A stretch of 64,000 bases of DNA from Callorhinchus milii (taxonomy: Eukaryota), in NCBI RefSeq assembly GCF_018977255.1, contig NW_024704743.1, forward strand, positions 97,156,001-97,220,000, written 5' to 3'. Below are positions 48,201 through 60,200 of the stretch, one piece after another. The stretch's first letter is position 1. Each line of letters begins with the position of its first letter. The translations under genes and the position numbers were made by a program. The notes beneath the pieces were generated by a model. That model saw only the letters and a program-made list of their open reading frames with translations, did no database searches and was not told the DNA's origin.

Positions 48201-51200
48201 CCCACGAGAAACTAAATGGAGACGATTCACTGATTTCCCTTTAAACCCCTAAAAGTCAGAAAGGAGAGCTTCATGTTAATGTTGGCCTCAATCCAAGTCT
48301 CAATTTGCCAAGTTGTAAGACCTTTATGTGCTCTCCCACGAGTGCTATCAACTTTAATCCCATGTCCCTGCTATTTTTTGTCCTATCCTTTTATTTCTTG
48401 ATCTTTTTTCTGTTTTGGTCAAAGGCCCAGATAGTAACCTAAAAATATTTTTCAAAAGTGTGTAATGTTCAAAATTAGTTATAGTAACCCAGGGTTCAAA
48501 ATAAAGATTCTGTCACTATAGTTAATTCAAAAATAGCAGGGAATCGTTTCTGAAAAGACTGGAGAGAGAAACCCTTTCCCAGAAATTGGGACATGAGTGG
48601 ATTGTTCAACCCCAAAGAAACTGTTGAAGTTAGATTCATAAGGACACAAAATAACCGTATTTTTTTCTCTTGTGACACAACATACCACATTTATTTCCCC
48701 TCTACGCAAAGCTATAGGTCAATATAAGGCTCCTTTTTGTTTAAGTTCTTTCTTCAACTTGGAACCATATTGAAATCTTGATCTATAATAATGTACTAAA
48801 TAACTGTTAAGCAGTAGTGTTGCAGTTTTGTACAGTCCTTACAGTCATACTAATGCATTAGTTTTCATAAAAACTATAAGGTGTGGTTGATATGGTTTCT
48901 TTTCTTTAGCTAATTATTTTAATTAATAATAGCAATTAGTGTACTTTTATTGAAACTAAGCAATTAAGCTCATTTCTGTGGAGGGGTATCCTTGGAAATT
49001 AATTTTGTTCTTTTGCCAGGTTTTCTGTTGCCAAAGTTATCCACAAGGAAATTGCCCAGGCTATGTTTAACACCATGACCTGTTATAGAGTACTATTTGT
49101 AACAATTTTAATGCTTTCTCTCACTCTAATATTTAAAACGTAAGCTCTAGCTTCACATCTCTGATTGTGAATTTAACTCATTGATTATGTGTTTGGTTAA
49201 TTCTAGCCTAGCTGATTAGATGTGACCATCAAAGACTGACCCTCATTTCACTATAGCTTAATGGAAGCACGACTTCTATCACAACTATTGTTTGTGTGGC
49301 TGCACACCCTCTATATTGGGTTAAATGTCCAATCAGCTCTCAATACTTAATTGAATTTATGTAACCAAGATTGGAGTTAGTGAACCATGGAAAAGTTAAA
49401 GGGTTAAAACAAAATAATTTTTATTTATTGAGTATAGGTTCTTGCATCATCGTTATCATTGGGCGTCTTTGAGACTCGTTTGAATGTACCTACAAGTTGT
49501 TGGTGAGTAAATCTTTCATAACTAAATATATAGTTTAACAGTGTTAATGCACACAAAGAGGATAATTTGTAGTTACTAACCTTTCAAAACCGTTTCTCCT
49601 TTTAACATTACTGGAAAGGTTGTAAAGTGTGAAAATATTGTAGTTTTTTTGAAATATTTCATGTGAACTAAGGAGTTGATCCCAGCACTATTCATGCATT
49701 GCCCATGCATAATTTTGCATCATTCACTTCCTTCCATCATCAAAACTTGTAATAATTATGTTATAGACTTGTATCAGCTGTTTTTGTATTTTCTTTTTAT
49801 AAACAATATTTAACCCACTACCAGTGTCATGGGCATTGCTTAGTATAACACTGAACTGTTCTTAACAGTAACAGTAATAATGTTCTCTATGAGCTTCTCC
49901 TCGTGTCTTACCAAACTTCATAACTTCATATAGCTGTTTCAGCTTTTGGTAAAACAGTATCTCTCCATTCCTGGAAGATGAGCCAGTCTGCAGCTAAACA
50001 AAGGATGTTGTAACAAGTTGCTCATCATCGTTGTGCCAAATAATAATAATAATGCTTATATTTGATATGGCATTTATCCTGGCATCAAGATGTCTTAAAG
50101 CACTTTACAGGAATTACCGTAATGTTTAGTGAGAGTATTTTGCAGTTGGCCGCAGCAACTATTTTGTGCGCAGCATTGTCCAACGAAACAGTCACTAAAT
50201 GAATGACCAATCTTCGAGATTTGTTGGCCGGGACATCAGGATAAAATCGCTTCTCTTTTATAATAGTGTCATTTGAATAGGCAGACAGAAACTTGGTTTC
50301 ATCCAAAGGTTTCATCCAACAACGCAGTGCTCCCCCAACACTGTATTTGAGTGTTAGCCTGGACTGTGCGTTCAAAGTTCCAACGTGGGATTTGAACCCA
50401 CATTCTTAAAGAGTGCTAGCAACTGAACCAGGTTGACTCCAAATGTGTGTTTATATGTCATGAAAGTTCCCTTTCCTTTTCAATGAATTCAGCTTTGTTG
50501 CCTCTGTAATGTGATGCAGTACTCCAGTGTTCATCTTCGTCACAAATTTTTGTGGTAAATGTTATGGTATTCTAAGTAAGTGCTGGAAAATGGAGTACTT
50601 TCCTATTTTGGACACTCAATGTCAACATGAAACACTCTCAAACCAGGTGCAGCACGGCTAGATACAGAGTGCAGCTCCCTCTACTCTGCTGCTACATGGT
50701 GCCTCAACCCAACCTCAGAACAAATCCCCCTAGCATATAGCAAGGTGACATTTACATTTCCTAGCTCATCTTTTGGCTCCTCTGTGTGAGATGGACAATT
50801 TAGTGCTACACTAAGGGCAGTTTTATGCCTGTGACTCACATCAACAACAACAATTTATGCTTATCCAGCAGTTTTCATGTTGGGAGAACTTCACACAGCT
50901 GATTAGGCACTTTAGTGGGGGAGAAATGCCGAAAGCGCAGTTGAAAAGATAGCTTAAAAACATCCACTAGGAACTGGGTCAAGACTGGTCAGACTCGTTT
51001 CATACAACAACAACTTGCATTTGTACAGCACCCTTCATGCGGGCTAGCGGCCCAGAGCTCATATAGGAACCCAACAGCTAAAAGATTTAGCGCACTTCCA
51101 TCTGAGCTAGATTCAAAACTAGGTCTGTATCTCCACTATCCATCAATGTTATCCGAGGGTTCCTGGTACAAACTTCGACAAGACACCAAGTTAATGAGTA

Positions 51201-54200
51201 TTTCGACTATCCATCAATGTTATCAGGACATCTTCATCTTTCCTTGAGTTCTTTAGGTCAAAGACACCTTATTAAATCCTACTAATAGATACCAGCTGGG
51301 TCTCTATACCTATACTAATTGGGGATTGATACTAAATCTTACTAATTGGACACTGGTACTTACCTCTTATCTCTATGTAACACACATTCCTGTGGTAACA
51401 CCTTGCAAATGTGTACAGGATGACAGATTGCAGCTGGTCAGTAATTGGCATGGCCTCTTTGTACCTTACTGCAGTTAACTGTTGCAGGGGCTGACACATC
51501 TGACAGTCTGGTGGATCGCTGGTGTACTAACCCACTGTGGGACCAGTTATCCCAGATTTAATTTTTTTGAGTTAGTTTTGCAGTCACTTCCAGCGAGGTT
51601 TTGAACCTCCAGTATTATTGCTGTTAAATTAATGTGGTTGAGATATTAGTGCAGTTCCCAAGTTTGATTGACCAGGAAGTGGTCAGCCTTCTTAAAACTC
51701 ACAAAAATAGATCCCTCTATATATGGACATGTATCATGTATTGAGCCCAATTTACAATCAATTTATTAACAAAGTTTAATTCCAGCAAGAACTACAGGCT
51801 ATAAACATGACCTTTCCAAGGCCTTTCAGCTAAAGGAATCACTGGAATGCATTTATCAGCTGCAAGATACACTACATTCTCAGGAACTTCATAAATCATA
51901 TTTTTTTTAAATAAAAGTAAAGATTACCAAGGCCCAATGATACATGGTGGAATAACTTGAGTGCTTTGAGTCCTGATTCTTAAGTTATTGTTGTGGCAAT
52001 ATTACTGTCAGGTCAGTAATTTCTCTCACATCAGCTAAAACATTAGATTGTTAAATTCATCCCTGCAGTAGCAAACATCTTCAGGACTTATTTAAACTGG
52101 TTTGAAGCATCAATGAATACTTGAAATTATTTCCATATATAAAAACATTCTTCTCACAGCTCAACATGAACTTGTAACACTACATATTTCCTCTCTCTAT
52201 CGCCTTTGGTGTTCAATTAATTCAGTACAACAGTATTCATTATTAGTGTAAGAATGATTTCTTGACTGTTAAAATAATAAACCTTCCATTTGATATAAAG
52301 GTCATTTAATATAATAATCCCAAAGTGAATTACATGTGTAGTGACTTTTTGATGGGGAAATACAACAACCAGTTTATGCACAGCAATGTCCCACTATCAG
52401 CCAGGAGTCCATATTCTCTCAAGGATTATTTAGATGTCTAGATAAAGAGGCCTAACAATACTCTAGACTCTAGAACAATACTTTCTATAATGAACTTTAT
52501 GGAGCAATAAAGTGTATTGTTCTTGAAACTTTTCAGATTCCAGCAGGAGAAATTCCCTTCTGTCATCTAATAGTGTAATGAATCCTTTAACTCATTGTAT
52601 GAGCCAAGTACCCCTTGGTTTAATGTCTCACCTCTAAATCAAGGACTGAAACTCTGAAATTACAATTTTATGCAGTTAAATAAGTATATGTTCTATTCAG
52701 TCACATTTTACAATTTTCAAATTCATGCTCCACAGATCAATGTGTAAAGGGCACAGCATTTATTTTGATCTCCTGAAGAGCATTTTCCCTGAATCTTCTG
52801 AAGCGCCTGTTTGTTGGTTGTGCAACAGCAGCAATTCTGTCAATTTAAAGAGTATTTAGTTTTAGCCAGCAATAAATTCTAACAATCTTACCAGCATTCA
52901 TTAAAAACAGAAAATTGGCAACTCAAAAAAACGAGAGAAGCAAAGGACCGCTTATTCACAAGAAAGTCTGGATCATTAATTAAATACCAACTCTTGGGAC
53001 CCAGTCATTATTAACTCAGTTGGAGGAGGAGGAAATATACCAAGGGAGGACAGACAGCTGAAGGAGGAGAGACAGGTTTCTGATAAAACTAACATTATGC
53101 AAATGCTTTCCTACAAACATATAGCCATCTTTAAAACTATCCATCTCCACAAAATTGTTCTTAATACTTTTCAGATTCCCTATCTCCATCTGGACACCTT
53201 AATCTCAAAATAGATGCACTCTTCCGTAAAGTCTTTACATTTTTAAAAAGCAATCCGTTCCTCTCTAACTACCTGTAAAATAATCTTAAATTCCTGCTGT
53301 TGTTTGCTTGAGGAAGGCCACCTTGTAAACCCATATAAAAAAAATGACAAACAGTGCAGCTTTCAGGACAATCCCAAAGAAGAATATGTGCAAAATAATT
53401 TGTTAGTATTTGTAAAGATGAATTCCACTTTAAAGTTGTTTGTTGTTGGAAATCTTCAGTCCAACTCTTAGGGATAGCAGTTCAAGGTATTTATTGTAAT
53501 TAAAAAAAACTTCTGAACACTCTGTCAGCTCTTCCATTAGCCACTAATCCCCCTCCTTGCCGGTCATCCTCCCACAAGTTCTGGAATGGAGGCCAGGGTA
53601 TAAGTATCCTGCCTTGAGTGGGAACAATGCATGAAGCAACCATATCTTGATGAGGAGAAAGAAAACAAGCACAAATATTTAATCCTTGAAGTGCTAGCAA
53701 TGTAAATTTACATTTGGCATTATTTCGCATTCACAGCTCCTGACTTTCCTCTTTAGTCCCTGGCAGGCTGGTTTTAAGCCAGCAAAAATGACTGAGAAAA
53801 AAAAGTTGCTCTTATTTTCCAGAATTAAAACAACTTTTAACCGAAAACTAATGGTGGGAGCTTGAAGCATGAAGAAGAAAGGTAATGGAAAGTTGTTAAA
53901 TTTGCACAATTAGAGAATAGGATTGTGGAAATGCTTATAATAGATTAGTTGTGGCCAGTGCTAAATCGCTAAGGAGGCTAAACTGTCCTTATTCACTTTC
54001 TATTGGCTATTGTGAGGCCAGCCTCAAAAGCGTTAGGATTATTTTGTGTTGGCATTAGAAGCTCCACTACCAATAATTGGACATCCAGCAGCACACATGT
54101 CCAAAGTTGCACATGTAGTTACTAGGAACGTGAGTAACTCATGCTGTGCAGCTAAATTGTATCCTTGGTAAAACCTTTTGTATATGCATACAACTAGATT

Positions 54201-57200
54201 ATTTTNGCCAGCAGTGCAAAGGTACTTTTTTTTACAATGTAGGGTTAGATTCACAGAAAGAGATGGACATGGAAAGACAAGAGAGACAGAAGATTAGAGA
54301 CTCAGAGATGGAGAGAACAACAAATGTAAAGCTAGCCTGAGAAGGAATCTGAATTATTTCACAGTAGCTAACAGAAACAGAGTGAAACAAAACCAGACTG
54401 ATTTCACCCAAAACATACAGTCAATTAACTTTACAGTATATTCTGCGAAGCGCTTTGAGACGTCTCAAAGACGTGAAAAGACGCTATATCAAATGCAAGG
54501 ATTATTATTGCTTCTATTGAATATCTAATTGGAATCCCAACCTTTTTGAGGCTGACATCAAAATAGTTCAGGCCATCAGAACAGGATTTTGTTTATTCAG
54601 CTTTGTTGAAGGCGCTGCTATTCAAATAAGTTGATTTTTTAAAAAAAAACTAGAAAATGATAGCAAGGGAATGATACGTATTAGTAAATTATCAGAGGTT
54701 TAAAAAAGATTAAAATTGTCTCCAAGAAGGGAGAGGAAAGGAGACAATTGGCAAGAGAGGTTAAAACAATGGTATAAAATGAAATCAAATTAGGCAAAAG
54801 TAGAATAAATACTTTTGTTGGGATTATAATATCCGAAGAGTAACTGGGAGGATCAATAGTTTTCAGTGTATTTTAGTACTGAACTATTAAGGTCGGGAAA
54901 GTAATGTGTGACTGTTACATCATGTAGTCATTGATACTCGGAACAGCATTCCCTTGGAACTGTTCACCAAAACTACTGAGTTTTCAGGTGTCATTCCTTT
55001 TAAAGCGGAGCAGTTTTCTTAATGATAGTAGCAAATACATTTTGAATTTGCAGAGCTTAATGTTATCACCACTGCTGGGCTCAATAGGTACAAAACTTGA
55101 ATCCTGTGTGTTCTGTACATTTGCAAATTGTACATATGTATCAGAATATTTTTGGTTTGTCAATGATCAGTCATGTAACTATTTTGACAGTCTAGGAGCT
55201 CAGAGGAAAAATGGCACTCTCAGACATGCGATCCTTCACTCGACCAGAATTCTGTTGACCTTTGACTGCCAGCTGTGAAATTGGAACTGTCACATTCTTC
55301 AATATATTATTTAATGTGTATTTTTTTCTTAATGTCTCTTCTGTTATGTTGGCAAACTGCACAAACCTAGGTAGCTCAGTTAGTTGAAGACTGGACTTGG
55401 TTTTATGAGTAGAGCAGTGCATTAAACTGTCAAAGTGACAATAGGTGACATATGGAAGCCTTAAACTTCATAGAATTATAACATTTTACAACACATAAGG
55501 CAACTACTTAAGCATATGTACTGTTTTGGCTCTCCAAAAGAGACATTCATTTAGTCCTGCATCCCTACTTTTTTCCTACAATCTTTTGTATTTTTAAAAA
55601 ATATTTATCAAATTCCCTCATAAACGAACTATCATGCATTTTCCATCTACCATAGGATGTATAATAATTCTAACCTTTCCCTTAGTGTGTTTGCTAATAA
55701 GTAGGAAAATTATAAAAAAGAGAGTATGCAGGATACAAAACAAGCAACATTTCACACTAACAAATGTATTATGCACTCAGACGTTTCATCCTGGACCCTG
55801 GCATCAGTCTCTTAAAATGGAGAGAAGTTTATTTCTCACCAATAAAATAAACCGATTGTTGTCTGCATTTTAACAACTGATTCTAAAGTCCAGGGCTTTG
55901 AACCATCTATTGTGTTCTAAGGTTCCACCAACACAGTGTACAATTAATTCTTCAAATGCAACTAACACATGTGTTTAATAATAAATATGGTTATATTTAG
56001 TTAAAGGGGGTTAAAATGTTCAGAAGGAGCGAGCAGGAGAGAAGCTGGTTTTGTTTTGGTTAGAGCTATAAACCTGAATGATTTAAAGTGCCAATCATAC
56101 TGTTCAGAATATCTAGGGATCTATCCGACAACCAAAGATCTGAGGATTCCAACTTCTACAAAGGCATCAGAGTGCGGCTTACGTTACATGTGGTCACACC
56201 CAGACTGTTGCTATCGATGGATGGTGGTACTGAGCTCAACAATATAAAGAAATACAGTAGGACAAGCCACAAGACCTTTTCTGGGAAGAGTGCATATTTT
56301 GCTAAGACAGCATTCAATCCAGGCACAGTGGGAGTTAGGGGTGGATAGGAGGTAAATGTTTGAAGGCACAGTTGAGAGATTTTTAGATAAGATTTGAAAG
56401 CGAGAAGGAAAAGAGGACGAAGACAAAGAGATTGAGGAAGAGAGTTCTAAGGAAATTAAATTAGCGAAGAAAGAAAATTGACATACAGTAATTTGCTGTA
56501 ACAGGCACCAATAGGTAGTAGAGTTTGAAAAGAAAAATTCTGAATGTTGGAAATCTAAAATGAAAACAGAAAATGTTGGAAATATAATGCTTTGTTTCAG
56601 ATGCTTGTTGAGCTGCTGTAGATTTGCAGCCTGTTCTGTTTTTATAACTGGTATTGTGGGAACATCATTTACTGTTATATGTGAAAATAGATCTAAAGTC
56701 TATTTTCTGTAAGAATGTTCTCATTCAGCACACATTTCAATATACTATCACTCCATTCTTGAGACTTACCTCACCCGTTCCAAATAGACAAGCAACCATC
56801 TTGTATTTAGGGCAGACATCACTAGTTTAATCCCTGTTAAAACTCTGCTCCCAGTCATGTGCCCTACACCTACACAAAGCACTTTACCTGATGCATTGCA
56901 AATACATAAGAATCTGTTTGAACGTATTCACAGCATTTACATTATCTCCTACTTGATAGGTTTCTTTAAGGCTATATAAAAGGGTATAGGGAAAGTGGAT
57001 TCAAACAGTTTTATTGGTGAGCGAGGTTAGACCCCAGGCACCTTACTTTATGAAGTACTTTTTTTAAAAAATGTGAAAAACAGCCATGGAAGCAGCATTT
57101 GACATTTACTGCTGTCGAGTGACCTTGATTACGTGTCTGGATGATAAATTGCTGGGGGCATAGCACCAACTTGCGAACAAATGGAACAGGTCCTTCACTA

Positions 57201-60200
57201 GTTGCTTTACAGTACCAAAGGAAATAATGGTACAGTATAATAATAATAATAATCCTTGCATTTGATATAGCGCTTTTCACGTCGGGAGGATGTCCCAAAG
57301 CACTTCACAGAACACACTGTAAAGTGAATTGACTGTATATTTGTGGGCGAATGCGGCAGCCAATTGCGCACAGCAATGTCCCACAAACAGTTGTAGATTG
57401 AAAATGACCAATTTATTATTGTTTTTGGTTTTGGAGGGATTATTATTAGATGTGTGGAGTAAGGAAACTTGCCCAAAGCTTCGCCCTGCCTGGAATTGAA
57501 CTCAGGTCTCTCACTTGCAAAGCGAGTGCTGTAACCACTGAGCTACAGGACTCCACATGTCAATTCCACTAATAGAATTTGTTACTTTATATACAGAGGT
57601 AGAACACATCAGGTTTAAATTTAGCATATCATTGCAACCTTTTAGGGTCTTCAATCAGATAATCATAATTTGGTTTCTTGAAATTGTTAGTTCCAAAGCT
57701 TCAAGCAGAAATCTCAATAGCTTGGCTCATTTGTAGCACTCTTGCCTCCAGGTAGAAGTTTGGAGGTTCAAGTCACTTGTCAACACTTGAGCTCATAGTC
57801 TTAACTAACTATTTAGCTCTTGAAACCCAATTCTTGTTTGGCTAGCACTACCATGTCAGAGGTACCACTGCATTGTCAGAAGTGCCATCTTTGCATGCTA
57901 TATTAAATCAGAGTCTAGACTGCTTGTTCCAGAAGTTAAAGATCCTATGACTATTAAAATAGAGAAGAGTTTTTTTTTCTCTTCGTGTCCTAGCCAACAA
58001 TCCTTAATTGGTTATTCATGGTTGTTTGTGGAACTTTGCTCTGAGCAAGTGGCTGGCATGTTTGCTTTAACAAAAATCACAGTTAACATACTTAAGCTGG
58101 GAAGCACTTTGAGGCACAAAAAGGTACTATAAAAATGCAAGTTATTTCTTTAGTTTGTGAAAAAAATCCTGCATTCTGAAACCAGATGTATTCATTAGAT
58201 GACAAATTGTGTACATTTTCAATGAGTTAGAAATATTCATGTTTAAATCTTCTAAAGTTACTTGTGAAGAATAATCATTTGTACAATCTCTTGTGTAATA
58301 CGAAAACTGCAAACCAAGGAGAGTGAAATTTGCGGTGTTGTATTTCAAAATACTTCTATGGCAATTTGATACTATCCAGTTTATATTTTCTTAACTTTTA
58401 AAAATATATATTTGCCCAGGGTTATAAAACAGCATCATGCACACCTAAAGGAAAATTCTGGGAACATATCTACCAAAACATGTAATTGTTTTATTCATAA
58501 GGTTAATAATCCTTGTCTTTGATAGAATTTTTAAAAAGCACCCAAAATTTGCCAGAAAGAGGTGACAACATTGAAAAGGTTAAAGAGACACCAGGTCAGA
58601 TGTGTACCTTTAACTTTTCTGTGGTTTTCAATCAATTCAAATTTGGCACAAATTTAGATATTAGGAATAGAACAGCCATATTGGATGGATTCTGAGGTAT
58701 TTGCTTTTTATTAGCCGATTTATATAAATGTCAGAACTTTCAACATATAGGGTGACCAAAAAGTCGTGATACCATTACAATGTCTCATAAGTCTTAAAGA
58801 AATTAAGCTATTTTTGTTTTTTTTAGATAATAGAGCAGTTATCACAACGTCTCGGTTAACCTGTATATCCATTGAACAAAAGCTGCTGTTGTTGAACAGC
58901 AACACAAAATTGTTGTTCTAATCCTTAATAATGTGTGATAGAATGTAATGCTGCTTACTCAGTAATGAGCCCTTCCAACTTTTACATAATCAAAATTAAG
59001 AGGTCAATATTGAATGAAAAATTGAGCATTTACAGTATCTGGATTAAAGAGTTTAGGAAAATCTTAGTTAAAGCATTTATATGTGTTGTTGTGTGTGAGC
59101 CACTTTTAAATAGAAACACTGGTAAGTGTGTGTGCTGCGTTTGCAGTTTAGAATAAGGAGCACTCTGGGATTTATTTGGTGCAATAAGGCAGCTTATGGT
59201 TTTATAAACAAAATGCTATTCAGATAAGTTAAAAAAATAATCTTTTCTGATACAGTATTCCCTTGTTAAAGTGTGGATGTTCGGTTCTGAGGGGTCATTT
59301 GTGCTTTAGCTGCTAAAATACATGAAGGTTTGTGCTAAAGTACCAAGTGAATTTACGATTTAAAGTAAGCTGATTGTATTATTTATTGTCTGTACAATGC
59401 TGCATCATCATTATTCTGTTAAATTCCCTAAGGAAATATGCTCTAAGCAACCAGTGAGGTAGGACAATACATTTACTGCTAACAGTGATTTGGAGAAATG
59501 TAACTTGTCCAAAAGGCAACTCCAAAATCTTGTTATGGCTTTCATCTGCTTTTAGGTAACAGGCTTGTGAGTGTCTCAAGTTTCTTGACTCAGGTTGTGG
59601 CTACATCAATCCTGTCTAGATCTTTCTAGACATAAAGGATGGACTTAGCCCATGCAGATCCTTCTACCTAATAACACCATATTAGGATTCCTAAGGAAAT
59701 AATAATAATAATCCTTGTATTTGATATAGCACTTTTCACGCCTTCTAGACGCCTCAAAGCGCTTCACAGAATACATTGTAAAGTGAATTGACTACATTTT
59801 GTGGGTGGCAGCCAATTGCACACAGCTGTGTCCCACAAACAGTCGGGGTTTGAGTGACTAAATTATTATTGTTAATATTATCAGGCATAATAATAGTGAT
59901 GTAGAGTAGGTTCAATCCACTGTTTATGCTGAATTTGTTGATCTCAGCCAGGATAGTAGTGGGGTTGTTCCAGTTGATCTCAGTATCCACAAAATAGTAG
60001 AGAGGGTGGAAGTCGGGCATAGGTAAAGCTCCAGTTCTCTATGTAATGACTGCTGCTGGAAAGTATGAGTATGGAGGTGGAATTAGAACAGGATCAGGTT
60101 CAGCTGTGATGCTAGGATATGATCCCTTTGACGTTTTGCTTATGACACCTCAGAGCCAATCAACATGGGTAATGCTAAATATTGGAATATAACCTTCAGA

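Noticed and set aside
2637..54206. Isolated N bases at 2637, 10786, 45740 and 54206
   Set aside because: All sit at homopolymer ends and are assembly ambiguities, so some single-base frameshifts in TEs may also be sequencing errors.
56056..56348. Overlapping short ORFs as a nested gene in intron 14
   Set aside because: No recognisable domain or convincing splice pair; may be a very old LINE remnant.
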